Positions 22,635 to 32,554 of a stretch of DNA of 64,000 nucleotides are shown piece by piece. Both the position numbers and the translations under genes were made by a program. The notes under the pieces were generated by a model. The model was given only the letters and a program-made list of their open reading frames with translations, did not search any database and was not told the origin of the DNA. Source of the stretch: Nitrospirota bacterium (GTDB lineage: Bacteria; Nitrospirota; UBA9217); the NCBI GenBank assembly GCA_963754875.1, contig CAVWHO010000014.1:32001-96000 (forward strand), in the 5' to 3' direction. Within the stretch, counting starts at the first letter, position 1, and each line of letters begins with the position of its first letter.

Positions 22635-23725
22635 TTACTTTTGTGCCACAACGACTTTCTTGCCGTCGATGCTCGCGGTCTGCTTGCTCACGATCACCGT
22701 ATCGCCCGGTTTCAAGCCCGTTACCGCCTCGACAGCATCGCCCTGCTCCTCGCCGAGTTGGACCATCTGGAAGACGGCGTTGCCGTCATTCGAGACGATG
22801 TAGACGCCCGAGAGTCCGGACATGGTTACCACGGCAGAGCGGGGTATCAGGATCGCGTCGCGTTTGCCGGTGCTGAAATAGGCCTTGCCGTACATGCCGG
22901 TGATCAGGCCTTTATCGGCCGGGACATCGATTTTGACCACGAACGAGTGGGTCCGCATGTCGGCCGCCGGGACCACCTGTGCTACCCGTGCATTGATGTC
23001 TTTGCCGGGCATGGCGTCAATCCGGACCGTCACGTGCTTTCCCGGTTCTATGAAACGGAGGTCCTGTTCTCTTACCGTTACTTCGAGCCGGAGGTTTTTA
23101 TTGTCTTCGATCTTCAAGACCGGCTGGCCCGGCAGCGCCATCTCGCCGAGGTTGATTCTTTTCTCGACGACCTGCCCGGCGATCGGCGCAGTGATGATCG
23201 TGTAGCTTTCCATGGCCTTGGCCGCGTTCAGGCCCGCCTTGGCTGATTCCAGTCCGAGCGTCGCCTGGTCCATCTCCATCCGGGTGGCAGCCTGCTCGTC
23301 GAAGAGGCTCTTGATGCGGTCATACTGGAGCTTCGCGTTGTTGTATGCGGCCTGGGCCTGGTAGGCCTGGGCGCTGATCTCGCCGCTTTCTATCTTGAGC
23401 AGCAGCTTGCCCTGGTTCACAAAATCTCCCTCGTTCACCGTGAGCGCCACGACCTTGCCCATGATCTTGCTGGACAGGACGGAAGTGTTCTTAGAGTTGA
23501 GCGCTCCCGGCGGCAGACATGAACGGCATCAATGGTCCTGTTTTCGACCGTAAAAGCCGAGACCGGGATCGGGATTTCAGTCTTCGGTACAGCGGCGTAG
23601 CTGTTCTCTTTGCCGAAGGAAATGTATCCTATGCCGAGTACTACCAGTGCAGCGACAAAGGACGCAGTGTAGACGATTTTTTTGTTCATGTTCTTCATTT
23701 TTTCTTTTAAGATTTTGATGTCCAT
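22635..23725 (-). CDS. RND periplasmic adaptor (membrane fusion protein); frameshift ~23500
   Basis: N-terminal TM, SSKIMGKV, VNEGDFV, ITAPIAGQV, GMYG, V..GLKPGD. Confidence 0.93.
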
Positions 23726-23741
23726 GATGTTCTCCCTGGTA

Positions 23742-23808
23742 TTTACTCTGAACTCTGTACTCTGAACTGTGGACTCTTTTGTACCCTGAACCCTGAACTG
23801 TGTACTTC
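23742..23808. repeat. heptamer tandem repeat (CTGAACT-type)
   Basis: ACTCTGA ACTCTGT ACTCTGA ACTGTGG ... CCTGAAC CCTGAAC TGTG. Confidence 0.7.
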
Positions 23809-23814
23809 GTACTG

Positions 23815-25174
23815 TTACAACGTTCCCGTCGCCAGCTTCAGTTCCGCATGGGCGATATTGTTGTCGTAGAGAGCCTGGAGTGCGTTCGTGCGCGCACGAA
23901 TGAGCGAGTTCTCCGCGCCGAGCACGTCAACAAACGTCGTCATGCCCGTCTCGTACCGCTTCTGCACGATCCGAAGTCCTTCCTCGGCTTCCTGCTCCGA
24001 AGACGCTGATGCCGCGATCCGGTCGAGGGACGCAGTCACATTGTAGTATGCTTGCCTGACCTGGAGCTGTACGGCTGACCGGGTCTGCTCTTCCAATGAT
24101 CTCATTTTGCTGCTTGTTGCCAGAGACTCCTTTACTTTCGATCGGGTAACCAGGCCGTCAAAGAGGTTCCACTGGAGCACTGCCATGACTGCCCAGCTTT
24201 TTGCATCGTCTCCGGCAAACTTATCGCTGTTCCAGTCCATTTGACCCATCACGTTCAGGCTCGGAACATAATCGGTGCGCGCCATGGTCACCGACTTTTC
24301 GGCGTTCCTCCGGTTCAAGTCCATGGACTTAAGGTCCGGCCGGTTGGTCGAGGCCTCGTCGATCATGGCGTTCAATTCTGCTTTCAGCTCCTGGACCGTG
24401 AGCGCTCCGGATACTTCATACTCGGCGCCCTGCGAAACACCCATGGCAAAATTGAGCGCTGCTGACGCAAGCTTGACGCCGTTCTCTGCACGTGTGAGCA
24501 TTTCCTTTACTTCAGCCAGCTGCACTTTGGCCCGGAGGAGGTCCGACTGGAGCACTGCGCCTGCTTTGTACCGCGCCTGTGCGAGTTTCACGTTCGCCTC
24601 GCTCGTATCAGGGACTGGAGCGCGACGCGCTGGTACTCCTTGGCAAGCAGCAGACCATAGTAGGCTTTGATCACGTTGTAGATCTGTTTCCTGCTTCGTC
24701 CGTTCGCGGTCCTGGATCGATGCTTCTTTCGCGAGCCTGGCCTGGTTCCTGCCGATGTATTCCTTGCCGCCGTTGAAGACCGGCTGCATGACCGAGATCC
24801 TCGTGTTGTAGTTCGATATCGCTTCGGGATTGTTTATGACCGCGGGATTGAAATCCGCCGGAGTAATGATCTCCTGGTTCAGCTTCGTCCCGAGTGCCAT
24901 GAGCGGGTTGTCTGTCCTGCTCCAGGTTTCGGAGAGGGTGACCTTCGGCAGAAAACCTGACGTTGACCGGAGTACGCCTGCATCGGCTGCTTCGATCTGC
25001 GAGTCTGCCGCCTTGAGCCCCGGATTATGGCCGAGCGCTGTACTGATCGCCTGATCAAGGGTGAGCGTCTCTGCAGCGTAGCTGTAAGCGGCCACGACAA
25101 AGGTCAGCAGAAGGACGAGCAGAAGGAAAAAACTGAATGATCGCGATCCGGCATTTCCCTGATTTTGTTTTCAT
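23815..25174 (-). CDS. TolC-family outer membrane efflux protein; N-terminal frameshift plus a compensated pair ~24610-24690
   Basis: Signal-peptide-like N-terminus, LTLDQAI..AL..NP, FLPKVTL, QPVFNGG, RYKAG, LQWNLFDG, RYETG. Confidence 0.92.
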
Positions 25175-25179
25175 TTTTG

Positions 25180-25516
25180 CTAAGCTTTCGCCAGAGAAAC
25201 ACTGTTGGCCATGTTCCATAGCATGATCCCGCCTTCAAGATTGTTGACTTTGTATCCCATGCGCGAAAGATAGGAACACGCATAGGCGCTCCGGTTTCCT
25301 ACCCTGCAGTAGACGACGATCTCCTTGTTCTTGGGGAGTTCATCCACACGGTACCCGAGTTCCTGGAGCGGGAGCAGGTAAGATCCTTTTATGGATTCGG
25401 CTGCATGCTCCTGCGGTGTTCTAACGTCGAGCAGGAGAAAGTTTTCCCCTGATTTAATTTTTGTCGTTTAATTCCTCAGGGCCTATGTTCTTGCACCCAT
25501 TGCTGTTGAAAAACAT
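25180..25516 (-). CDS. single-domain rhodanese (PspE/GlpE-like), 1-nt frameshift near 25465; absent from the ORF track
   Basis: Manual translation MFFNSNGCKNIGPEEL../..LLLDVRTPQEH...IVVYCRVGNRS...NLEGGIMLW; AAGGAGG RBS. Confidence 0.9.
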
Positions 25517-25560
25517 AATGTCCTCCTTACGTAATGTCCTTCTTTAAAGAGAAGGTAAAG

Positions 25561-25638
25561 AAGCCCGAACAATGGACACTATCAGGGGCTTTCCTCCGGG
25601 GTAGGAAGGAGAGGGGGGAGTGACAGTGCCCATTGTTC
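25561..25638 (-). ncRNA. candidate structured 5' leader or small RNA
   Basis: 18-bp helix GAACAAUGGGCACUGUCA / UGAUAGUGUCCAUUGUUC, fully paired only on the minus strand (2 G-U), with a C/U-rich loop. Confidence 0.55.
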
Positions 25639-25657
25639 ATGCTTTGCTGTAATCTAT

Positions 25658-25674
25658 TACAATGATTGTGCCAA
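25658..25674 (-). promoter_or_regulatory. putative sigma54 -24/-12 promoter
   Basis: TTGGCAC-AATCA-TTGTA versus consensus TTGGCAC-N5-TTGCW; the -12 has T in place of C. Confidence 0.6.
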
Positions 25675-25969
25675 ACTGAATCATATTGTTTTTAAAGGAT
25701 TTTATGACCAATGATGGATGTATGCGAATTTATAGGAGGAAAATATTGTCGAATGCAGAAAGCAATTATTTCTGTAAACCTCTTGATTTGTCGTGGTTTA
25801 AAGTATTCGACATTTTTGTCACTCATGTTCTTTTTTTCGACGAATCGTCGTAAAATAAATCCCGAACCTGACTTGAGCGGAGTGATGCCAATAATGCCTG
25901 AAAAGATTTTATTCTTGAACCAGTCTGTGCTTTGTGTTAAATTTGACACAGTCTTTGGTGGAGAATTGG

Positions 25970-26539
25970 ATGAGAATAACTCTACTGCCGGTTGTCATGA
26001 TATTTTTGCTTTTCGGGCCATCGAACGCTAAGGCAGAGCAGACGGTGTCCCGTGAGTTTGCGAATGCAAACAAATTGTTCTCTGAGGCGAGGTATAGTGA
26101 CGCCCTGACTGTGTATCAGCGCCTGTTCGGTTCCCGAACCGGCAGTGTTTCTTCAGGAGCCCTCTGTACACGGATCGGCGACTGCTATTTCCGCCTCGCG
26201 GATTATAAAAACGCTATACAATCTTATCGATCTGCATTGCAGTACCAGAAAAATCCCGAACGTGCTGCTACGCAGTATTGGATTGGGGTCAGCACCTTTC
26301 TGCGCGGCAATGATGCTGATGCTGTTGCTGAATTTTTGAAAATACCGGAGCTCTATCCAACATCGGGTATGTGGGTCAGTACGGCATACTATTGGGCAGG
26401 TAAAGTATGCGAACGCATGGGGAAAAAGGACCAGGCCGCGGCATATTATCGCAAGGCCGGTGGAACGGGCGCATCGACCCATGAACGCTTTGCGCTCAAG
26501 AAGGCGGAGACCGTAAAAAAAGGGGCGAGTAGCAAGTAG
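25970..26539 (+). CDS. exported TPR protein (CpoB/YbgF/BamD-like)
   Basis: Signal peptide ending AKA, TPR helices (IGDCYF, AQYWIG-like TQYWIG, AYYWAG). Confidence 0.8.
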   Translation: MRITLLPVVMIFLLFGPSNAKAEQTVSREFANANKLFSEARYSDALTVYQRLFGSRTGSVSSGALCTRIGDCYFRLADYKNAIQSYRSALQYQKNPERAATQYWIGVSTFLRGNDADAVAEFLKIPELYPTSGMWVSTAYYWAGKVCERMGKKDQAAAYYRKAGGTGASTHERFALKKAETVKKGASSK

Positions 26540-26597
26540 CAAGTGGATCCACTGTTTTTCTTGCCTCCTGCGGCATGACCCTTGACCCTATCTTTTT

Positions 26598-28304
26598 ATG
26601 TTAAAAGAACTGAACATAAAAAACTTCGCCATCATCGACCAGCTGCGCGTTGAGTTCAGGCCGGGGCTGAACGTTTTTACCGGCGAAACCGGAGCGGGCA
26701 AGTCCATCGTTGTCGACGCGCTCAACCTCGCGCTGGGTGAACGGGCGAACGCGGACCTTATCCGCACGGGCTGCCAGGAGGCGGTAGTCGAGGCAGCCTT
26801 CGAATTGAACCACGCCGGCACGAAGGAGGTTGCTCTTCTGCTCGCGGAGCAGGGCATCGAAGTAAATCCCGATGAAGACCTGATCGTGCGCAGGGTGCTC
26901 TCATCGTCGGGCAAGAACAAAGTCTATATCAACGGGAGTCTCGCAAATCTCACGACTCTTTCCGCGCTCGGTACGAACCTTGCGGACATCCACGGGCAGC
27001 ATGAACACCAGTCACTTCTGTCCCTCGACCGCCAGTTGGACATGCTTGATGCCTTCGGCGGGCTCGACAGCCTCCGCGAAGGCTTCGCCGGCGCTTATGG
27101 CCGTTTGCAGGGCGTACGAAAGGAACTGGCGGAGCTCGAAACAGGGGAACGCGACAGGGCGCAGCGAGAAGACATGCTGCGGTTCCAGAAAAATGAGATC
27201 GAAGCGGCCATGCTCAAGCCCGCAGAGGACGCAGATCTTACGGGCGAGCAGCACGTTCTGGCCAATTCGGAGAAGCTGGCCGGACTCGCAGCCATGGTGG
27301 ATGAGACGTTGTATGCGGCCGATAATTCGGTGCTTGCCAACCTGAAAAAGGCGGTCAACGGGCTGAAAGAAATCGCCGAAATCGACGCCCGGCTTGCGGG
27401 CGCCGCCCAGCTGTGCGAGTCGGGCAGGGCACAGATTGAAGAGGCCGCCCGCGAAATGTCTTCCTACCGGGAGAGCGTCGAGTTTGATCCGAAACGCCTT
27501 GAGCAGATCGGCGACCGGCTTGATGTGATCCAGAAATTGAAGAAAAAATACGGCGGCACGATAGAAGAAATACTGGAATTCGGCGCAAAGGCTGCTGCTG
27601 AACTCGGGCGCATGGAGCGGAGCACCGAGGAGATCGAGCGTCTGAAGTCGGAAATTCAGGCGATCAAGTTCGGGTTGACCGATAAAGCGGCGGAACTCAC
27701 CAAGAAGCGAGGTGCCTCGGCGAAGGACCTTGAAAAAAAAATCGAGGCGGAGCTTGGCCACCTCGGCATGAAGAAGACGACCTTCTCCGTGAAGATCACC
27801 CAGGAATCCGGAGGCGATACGCTCGACGGCCGCAAGCTGGGGCCGCGCGGCGGGGACCGCGTGGAATTCCTCATCTCGCCGAACCCCGGAGAAGAGCCGA
27901 AACCGCTCGCGAAGATCGCCTCGGGCGGCGAGCTCTCCCGCATCATGCTGGCCCTCAAGACCATTCTTGTGGAGGGTGACGAAATCCCCACACTCGTGTT
28001 CGACGAAGTCGATGCCGGCATCGGGGGAGCGGTCGCAGAGGAAGTCGGGAAGAAACTCAAGCGAATTGCGGCAAAACACCAGGTCTTCTGCATCACCCAC
28101 TTGGCGCAGATCGCGAGCATGGCCGCGAGCCACTACGGGGTGGCCAAATCGGTCAAGAAGGACCGGACGAGTACCGAAGTGCGGCTTCTCGATGCCAAAG
28201 AGCGCGTGGACGAGATCGCCCGTATGCTCGGGGGAAAGACGATAACGGACGCGACGATCAAGCATGCCGAGGAAATGATTACGCGCGGAAGCGCGGCATC
28301 ATAA
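26598..28304 (+). CDS. recN: DNA repair protein RecN
   Basis: TGETGAGKS, DIHGQHEHQ, KIASGGELSR, FDEVDAGIGG, CITHLAQIA. Confidence 0.98.
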   Translation: MLKELNIKNFAIIDQLRVEFRPGLNVFTGETGAGKSIVVDALNLALGERANADLIRTGCQEAVVEAAFELNHAGTKEVALLLAEQGIEVNPDEDLIVRRVLSSSGKNKVYINGSLANLTTLSALGTNLADIHGQHEHQSLLSLDRQLDMLDAFGGLDSLREGFAGAYGRLQGVRKELAELETGERDRAQREDMLRFQKNEIEAAMLKPAEDADLTGEQHVLANSEKLAGLAAMVDETLYAADNSVLANLKKAVNGLKEIAEIDARLAGAAQLCESGRAQIEEAAREMSSYRESVEFDPKRLEQIGDRLDVIQKLKKKYGGTIEEILEFGAKAAAELGRMERSTEEIERLKSEIQAIKFGLTDKAAELTKKRGASAKDLEKKIEAELGHLGMKKTTFSVKITQESGGDTLDGRKLGPRGGDRVEFLISPNPGEEPKPLAKIASGGELSRIMLALKTILVEGDEIPTLVFDEVDAGIGGAVAEEVGKKLKRIAAKHQVFCITHLAQIASMAASHYGVAKSVKKDRTSTEVRLLDAKERVDEIARMLGGKTITDATIKHAEEMITRGSAAS

Positions 28305-28414
28305 GTTCAGAGTGCATAGTTCAGAGTGCATAGTTCAGAGTTCAGAGTTCAGAGTTTAAGGAAAGAGTTTCGACCGATTTCATACGCTGAACTGTGAACT
28401 CTGAACTTTGAACT
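28304..28414. repeat. inverted arrays of heptamer tandem repeats
   Basis: AGTTCAG/AGTGCAT-type units x8, then CTGAACT-type units x4 in inverted orientation. Confidence 0.85.
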
Positions 28415-28433
28415 TTTTTTGGAGAAAATTATT

Positions 28434-28640
28434 ATGGGCAAGGTTGTCATCAATTTAGACTATTGCAAAGGCTGTGAGCTTTGCACGACGGCGTGTGCAA
28501 AAAAACTTTTGAAGATCGGCACGCAATTCAATAAAAGCGGGTACTACGCCGTGGAGTACTGCGGTGAAGAAGGCGAATGTACGGGCTGCGCGCTCTGCGC
28601 CGAGATGTGCCCCGACGTTGCGATCGAAGTATGGAAGTAA
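28434..28640 (+). CDS. 2x[4Fe-4S] ferredoxin (OFOR delta subunit-like)
   Basis: CKGCELCTTAC and CTGCALCAEMCPD. Confidence 0.92.
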   Translation: MGKVVINLDYCKGCELCTTACAKKLLKIGTQFNKSGYYAVEYCGEEGECTGCALCAEMCPDVAIEVWK

Positions 28641-28745
28641 GACAGGCCGATACGTGATTCTTGGTGCGTGACAGCGGCAACCTGTATCATGAACCATGCA
28701 CCATATTCCGGATGCAGAACCGCGTCCGTTGGAGAAGGGGAAGAA

Positions 28746-29837
28746 ATGCCCAAGGTACTAATCACTGGTAACGAGGCCCTTGCCGAAGCCGCAGTAAGGG
28801 CCGGGTGCAAGCGCTACTTCGGATATCCCATTACTCCCCAGAACGAGATCCCGGAATTCATGGCGAAACGTTTGCCGGAAATCGGCGGCACGTTCATCCA
28901 GGCCGAAAGCGAGATCGCGTCGATCAATATGGTATACGGCGCCGCTGCTGTCGGAGAGCGCGCCATGACCTCGTCATCGAGCCCGGGCATCAGCCTCATG
29001 CAGGAGGCGCTCTCCTTTATGGCGGCGTCGGAGCTGCCGGCAGTGGTCGTGAACATGCAGCGCGGCGGACCGGGGCTCGGGAACATTTCTCCGTCCCAGG
29101 CGGATTACTTCCAGGCAGTCAAAGGTGGAGGCCACGGCGACTACAAGCTGCTCGTCTACGCACCCTCGACGATCCAGGAAATCGTGGATTTGACGGTCCG
29201 GGCCTTCGACAAGGCAGATGAGTACCGTAATCCCGTCATGATTCTGGGAGACGGTGTGCTCGGCCAGATGATGGAACCCGTTGAATTGCCGGACATCAAA
29301 CCCCTGCAGGTGGACAAACCCTGGGCATTGACCGGGGCCAAAGGCAGGCCGGGAAAGGTGATCCGTTCGCTCTTCATGCTTCCCGGCGAGGACGGGATGC
29401 TGGAGCGCCACAACTATAAGCTGAAGGCCAAGTACGACCGCATGTGCGAACAGGAAGTGATGTGCGAGACGGTGCTGACCGACGATGCCGATATTGTGCT
29501 CGTGGCCTTCGGTACCTCTGCGCGTATTGCCAAGACCGCCGTTCACCTTGCACGGGCCGAAGGAATCAAGGCCGGCCTCATCCGGCCGATCACGCTCTTC
29601 CCGTTCCCGGAAAAGATCATTGCCAAAATCGCCGAACATGCAGAGCGCTTTCTTGTAGTCGAGATGAACCTGGGCCAGATGGTCGAAGACGTGCGTTTGT
29701 CGGTGAACGGCAGGGCGCCGGTCGCCTTTTACGGCAGGCCGGGCGGGGCCGTGCTCGCGGTTGAAGACATCCTGATCGAGATCCAGAACCTGGTACCCGG
29801 CAGGAAAAGAGAAAAATTGCACGCTGTTGCCGAATGA
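28746..29837 (+). CDS. 2-oxoacid:ferredoxin oxidoreductase alpha subunit (VorB-like)
   Basis: GNEALAEAA, FGYPITPQ, QAESEIA, TSSSSPGISLMQE, RGGPGLG, VEMNLGQM. Confidence 0.93.
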   Translation: MPKVLITGNEALAEAAVRAGCKRYFGYPITPQNEIPEFMAKRLPEIGGTFIQAESEIASINMVYGAAAVGERAMTSSSSPGISLMQEALSFMAASELPAVVVNMQRGGPGLGNISPSQADYFQAVKGGGHGDYKLLVYAPSTIQEIVDLTVRAFDKADEYRNPVMILGDGVLGQMMEPVELPDIKPLQVDKPWALTGAKGRPGKVIRSLFMLPGEDGMLERHNYKLKAKYDRMCEQEVMCETVLTDDADIVLVAFGTSARIAKTAVHLARAEGIKAGLIRPITLFPFPEKIIAKIAEHAERFLVVEMNLGQMVEDVRLSVNGRAPVAFYGRPGGAVLAVEDILIEIQNLVPGRKREKLHAVAE

Positions 29838-29862
29838 AGTATTGCTCGAGAGGGGATCTTTC

Positions 29863-30795
29863 ATGGCGAGGATAAAAACCGTACTGGATTTGATCGGTAA
29901 TACGCCGCTGCTGAAACTCAACAGGCTGGCGTCCGAAGGCAGCGCCGAAGTCTGGGTAAAGCTTGAAGGCTTCAATCCCGGCGGGAGCGTGAAGGACCGG
30001 CCGGCCCTTGCCATGATCGAGGACGCCGAGAAAAAAGGAAAGCTCAAAAAAGGCATGACGATCGTTGAACCCACGAGCGGCAATACCGGCATCGGGCTCG
30101 CCATGGTCGCAGCGATCAAAGGCTATCGTCTCATCCTGACCATGCCCGAATCGATGTCTCTTGAGCGGCGCAAACTGCTCCAGGCCTACGGGGCCGAGCT
30201 GGTGCTGACGCCTGCGGCACAGGGAATGAAAGGCGCCACGACAAAAGCGGATGAGATTCTTGCCTCGGGCAGGGAATATTTCAAACCTGACCAGTTCGGG
30301 AATCCCGCGAACCCCCAAGTGCACCGCAGGACCACTGCCAAGGAGATCCTCGGGCAAATGGGCGCGAAAAAGATCGATGCCTTCGTGGCCGGTGTCGGTA
30401 CCGGAGGCACGATCACCGGTGTGGGCGAGGCGTTCCGAAAAAAATTCAAAAACATTACCATCGTTGCCGTCGAGCCGGCTGCCTCGCCGCTTCTTTCCGG
30501 CGGGCAGCCCGGTCCCCACACGATCCAGGGCATCGGCGCGAATTTTGTGCCGGTGATTTTGAACACCAAGATTTACGACGAGGTCATCACGGTCTCGAAC
30601 GAAGATGCAGCGGACACGACGCGGCGGCTTGCCCGGGAAGAGGGACTGCTCGTGGGCGTTTCTTCAGGCGCGGCGTGCTGGGCAGCGCTCCGGGTTGCGG
30701 CGCGGCTCGGCAAAGGCAAGCGGGTCGTGACGATTTTCCCCGATGTCGGTGAGCGCTATCTGACTACGGGGCTGTTCGAATTGAAGAACCCATGA
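29863..30795 (+). CDS. cysK: cysteine synthase A
   Basis: NPGGSVKDR, EPTSGNTGIG, GVGTGGT, GPHTIQGIG, GERYL. Confidence 0.96.
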   Translation: MARIKTVLDLIGNTPLLKLNRLASEGSAEVWVKLEGFNPGGSVKDRPALAMIEDAEKKGKLKKGMTIVEPTSGNTGIGLAMVAAIKGYRLILTMPESMSLERRKLLQAYGAELVLTPAAQGMKGATTKADEILASGREYFKPDQFGNPANPQVHRRTTAKEILGQMGAKKIDAFVAGVGTGGTITGVGEAFRKKFKNITIVAVEPAASPLLSGGQPGPHTIQGIGANFVPVILNTKIYDEVITVSNEDAADTTRRLAREEGLLVGVSSGAACWAALRVAARLGKGKRVVTIFPDVGERYLTTGLFELKNP

Positions 30796-31385
30796 AGGCT
30801 CTAGCGAACCGCGTCGGCAATATGCTGCGTCATCCCATAACCGAGTGGAAGTCGATCAAAGACGAACCGGCTACGTACCAGGACATTCTCTTTCGCTATG
30901 TCGCTGTCCTCTCAGTGCTCCCGCCTGCAGCAGCAATCGCGGGCCGATACCTTCTTGACCGAAAGATATCGGACAGCGCCATCCAGTCGTCCTTCGGGTA
31001 TATCGCATTCACTAACCTGCTCTGGTACTGCATGTATGTGCTTAATGTGGTCATCGCCGGTGCAGTCATTACGTCGATTATCACGACCTCTGAATCCCGC
31101 TGGAGCGGCCTCAAAGGATTCAAGATTGCGGCATACTCGTTCACTCCGTTTTTTATAGGGGGTTTGATCGCCGTTTTCCCAAAAATGGGCTGGATTGTTT
31201 ATGTTGCGATTTTCTACAGCATCTGCCTTCTGTATCAAGGTATCATCAGCCTCTCGAGTGTGGGACGCACGCGGGCTGTGGGGTATGCCATTGCTTCATT
31301 TCTTTCCGCCGCCGTCATCGTCAGCGTCATGAACATGTTTGAATATGTGCTGGAAACCTTTGTGACATCCAGGATGTCCCTATGA
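30792..31385 (+). CDS. Yip1/DUF1282-family membrane protein
   Basis: P..EW..I..E motif, ~5 TM helices, AAYSFTP; ATGA overlaps on both sides. Confidence 0.75.
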   Translation: MKALANRVGNMLRHPITEWKSIKDEPATYQDILFRYVAVLSVLPPAAAIAGRYLLDRKISDSAIQSSFGYIAFTNLLWYCMYVLNVVIAGAVITSIITTSESRWSGLKGFKIAAYSFTPFFIGGLIAVFPKMGWIVYVAIFYSICLLYQGIISLSSVGRTRAVGYAIASFLSAAVIVSVMNMFEYVLETFVTSRMSL

Positions 31386-32521
31386 ATCAGATGAACCCCA
31401 TCTATCTCGACTATAACGCCAGTACGCCTGTGGCCCCTCCGGTGCTTGAGGAGATGCTGCCGTATTTGAAGAACAAATTCGGCAATCCGTCGAGCAGCCA
31501 CAGCTTCGGCGTCGCTTGCAGGGCAGGTATCGAACAGGCGCGGGAGACGGCTTGCTCTCCTGCTCGGGTGCGAGGCGTCGGAGATCATTTTTACGAGCGG
31601 CGCCACGGAATCGAACAACATGGTGATCAAAGGAATCGCCAAGGCCGCGGGGAAAGGGAAGCACTTCATTACTTCTCGGATCGAGCATCCGGCAGTCCTG
31701 GAGCCCTGTCGCCACATCGAACGCTATGGATACCGCGTCACCTATCTCCCGGTTGACCGGCTTGGCATGGTGGACCCCAAGGACCTCGAAAAGGCGATCG
31801 CCCAGGACACCGTGCTTGTCACGATCATGCATTCGAACAATGAGGTCGGCACCATCCAGGACATTAAAGAACTTGCCCGGATCGCGTCGTCACGGGGCGT
31901 TTTGTTCCATACCGATGCAGCCCAGAGCGTCGGCAAGGTTCCCGCTGTCAATCGAGGACCTGGGCGTGGATTTTCTGACCGTGGCGGGCCATAAGTTCTA
32001 TGCGCCGAAAGGGATCGGCGCCCTGTACATCAAAAACGGACGCTACGCTTCTCGCCGATGCTGCACGGGGCAGGACATGAGCGCGGTTTGCGGCCGGGGA
32101 CCGAAAATGCAGCCTTCATCGTCGGCCTCGGCGCTGCGAGTCTGGTTGCTGCGCCCATCCTAGAAACCGAAGGCCCGCGCCAGACGGCGCTCGGGCAGCG
32201 CTTGTTCGACGGGTTTAAAGCAAGGGGGCGTACACGTGCATCTGAACGGCCATCCCGAGAAGAAGCTTCCGAATACCTGGAACATCAGCTTCGAAGGGTT
32301 CACCGCCATGGATGTGATGGACGCCCTCGGCAAGGAAGATCGCCGTCTCTCCGGGGGCAGCCTGCCACGGCGATCTTGTCGAACCGTCGCATGTGCTTGC
32401 TGCCATGGGCATTGATCCTGCACTCGCCCGGGGCGCGATACGGTTCAGCCTCGGCAGGGAGACTACGGAAGCGGAGATCGATAGGGTGATTGAGAAACTC
32501 GGAAAAGATCTGAAGCGATAA
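31382..32521 (+). CDS. cysteine desulfurase/selenocysteine lyase-like PLP enzyme (class V aminotransferase); several frameshifts
   Basis: YLDYNASTP, FGNPSS, FTSGATESNN, MHSNNEVG, HTDAAQ, AGHKFY, RPGTEN, SPGAACH, IRFSLG pieced from several frames. Confidence 0.9.
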
Positions 32522-32554
32522 CGGATCAGGAACTGCGGAACCAAGGGGAAAAAC

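Noticed and set aside
25692..26031. Short ORFs in the AT-rich divergent region
   Set aside because: No RBS or motif; better explained as promoter/enhancer DNA.
28304..28414. CRISPR array
   Set aside because: 7-nt tandem units with no unique spacers and no cas genes.
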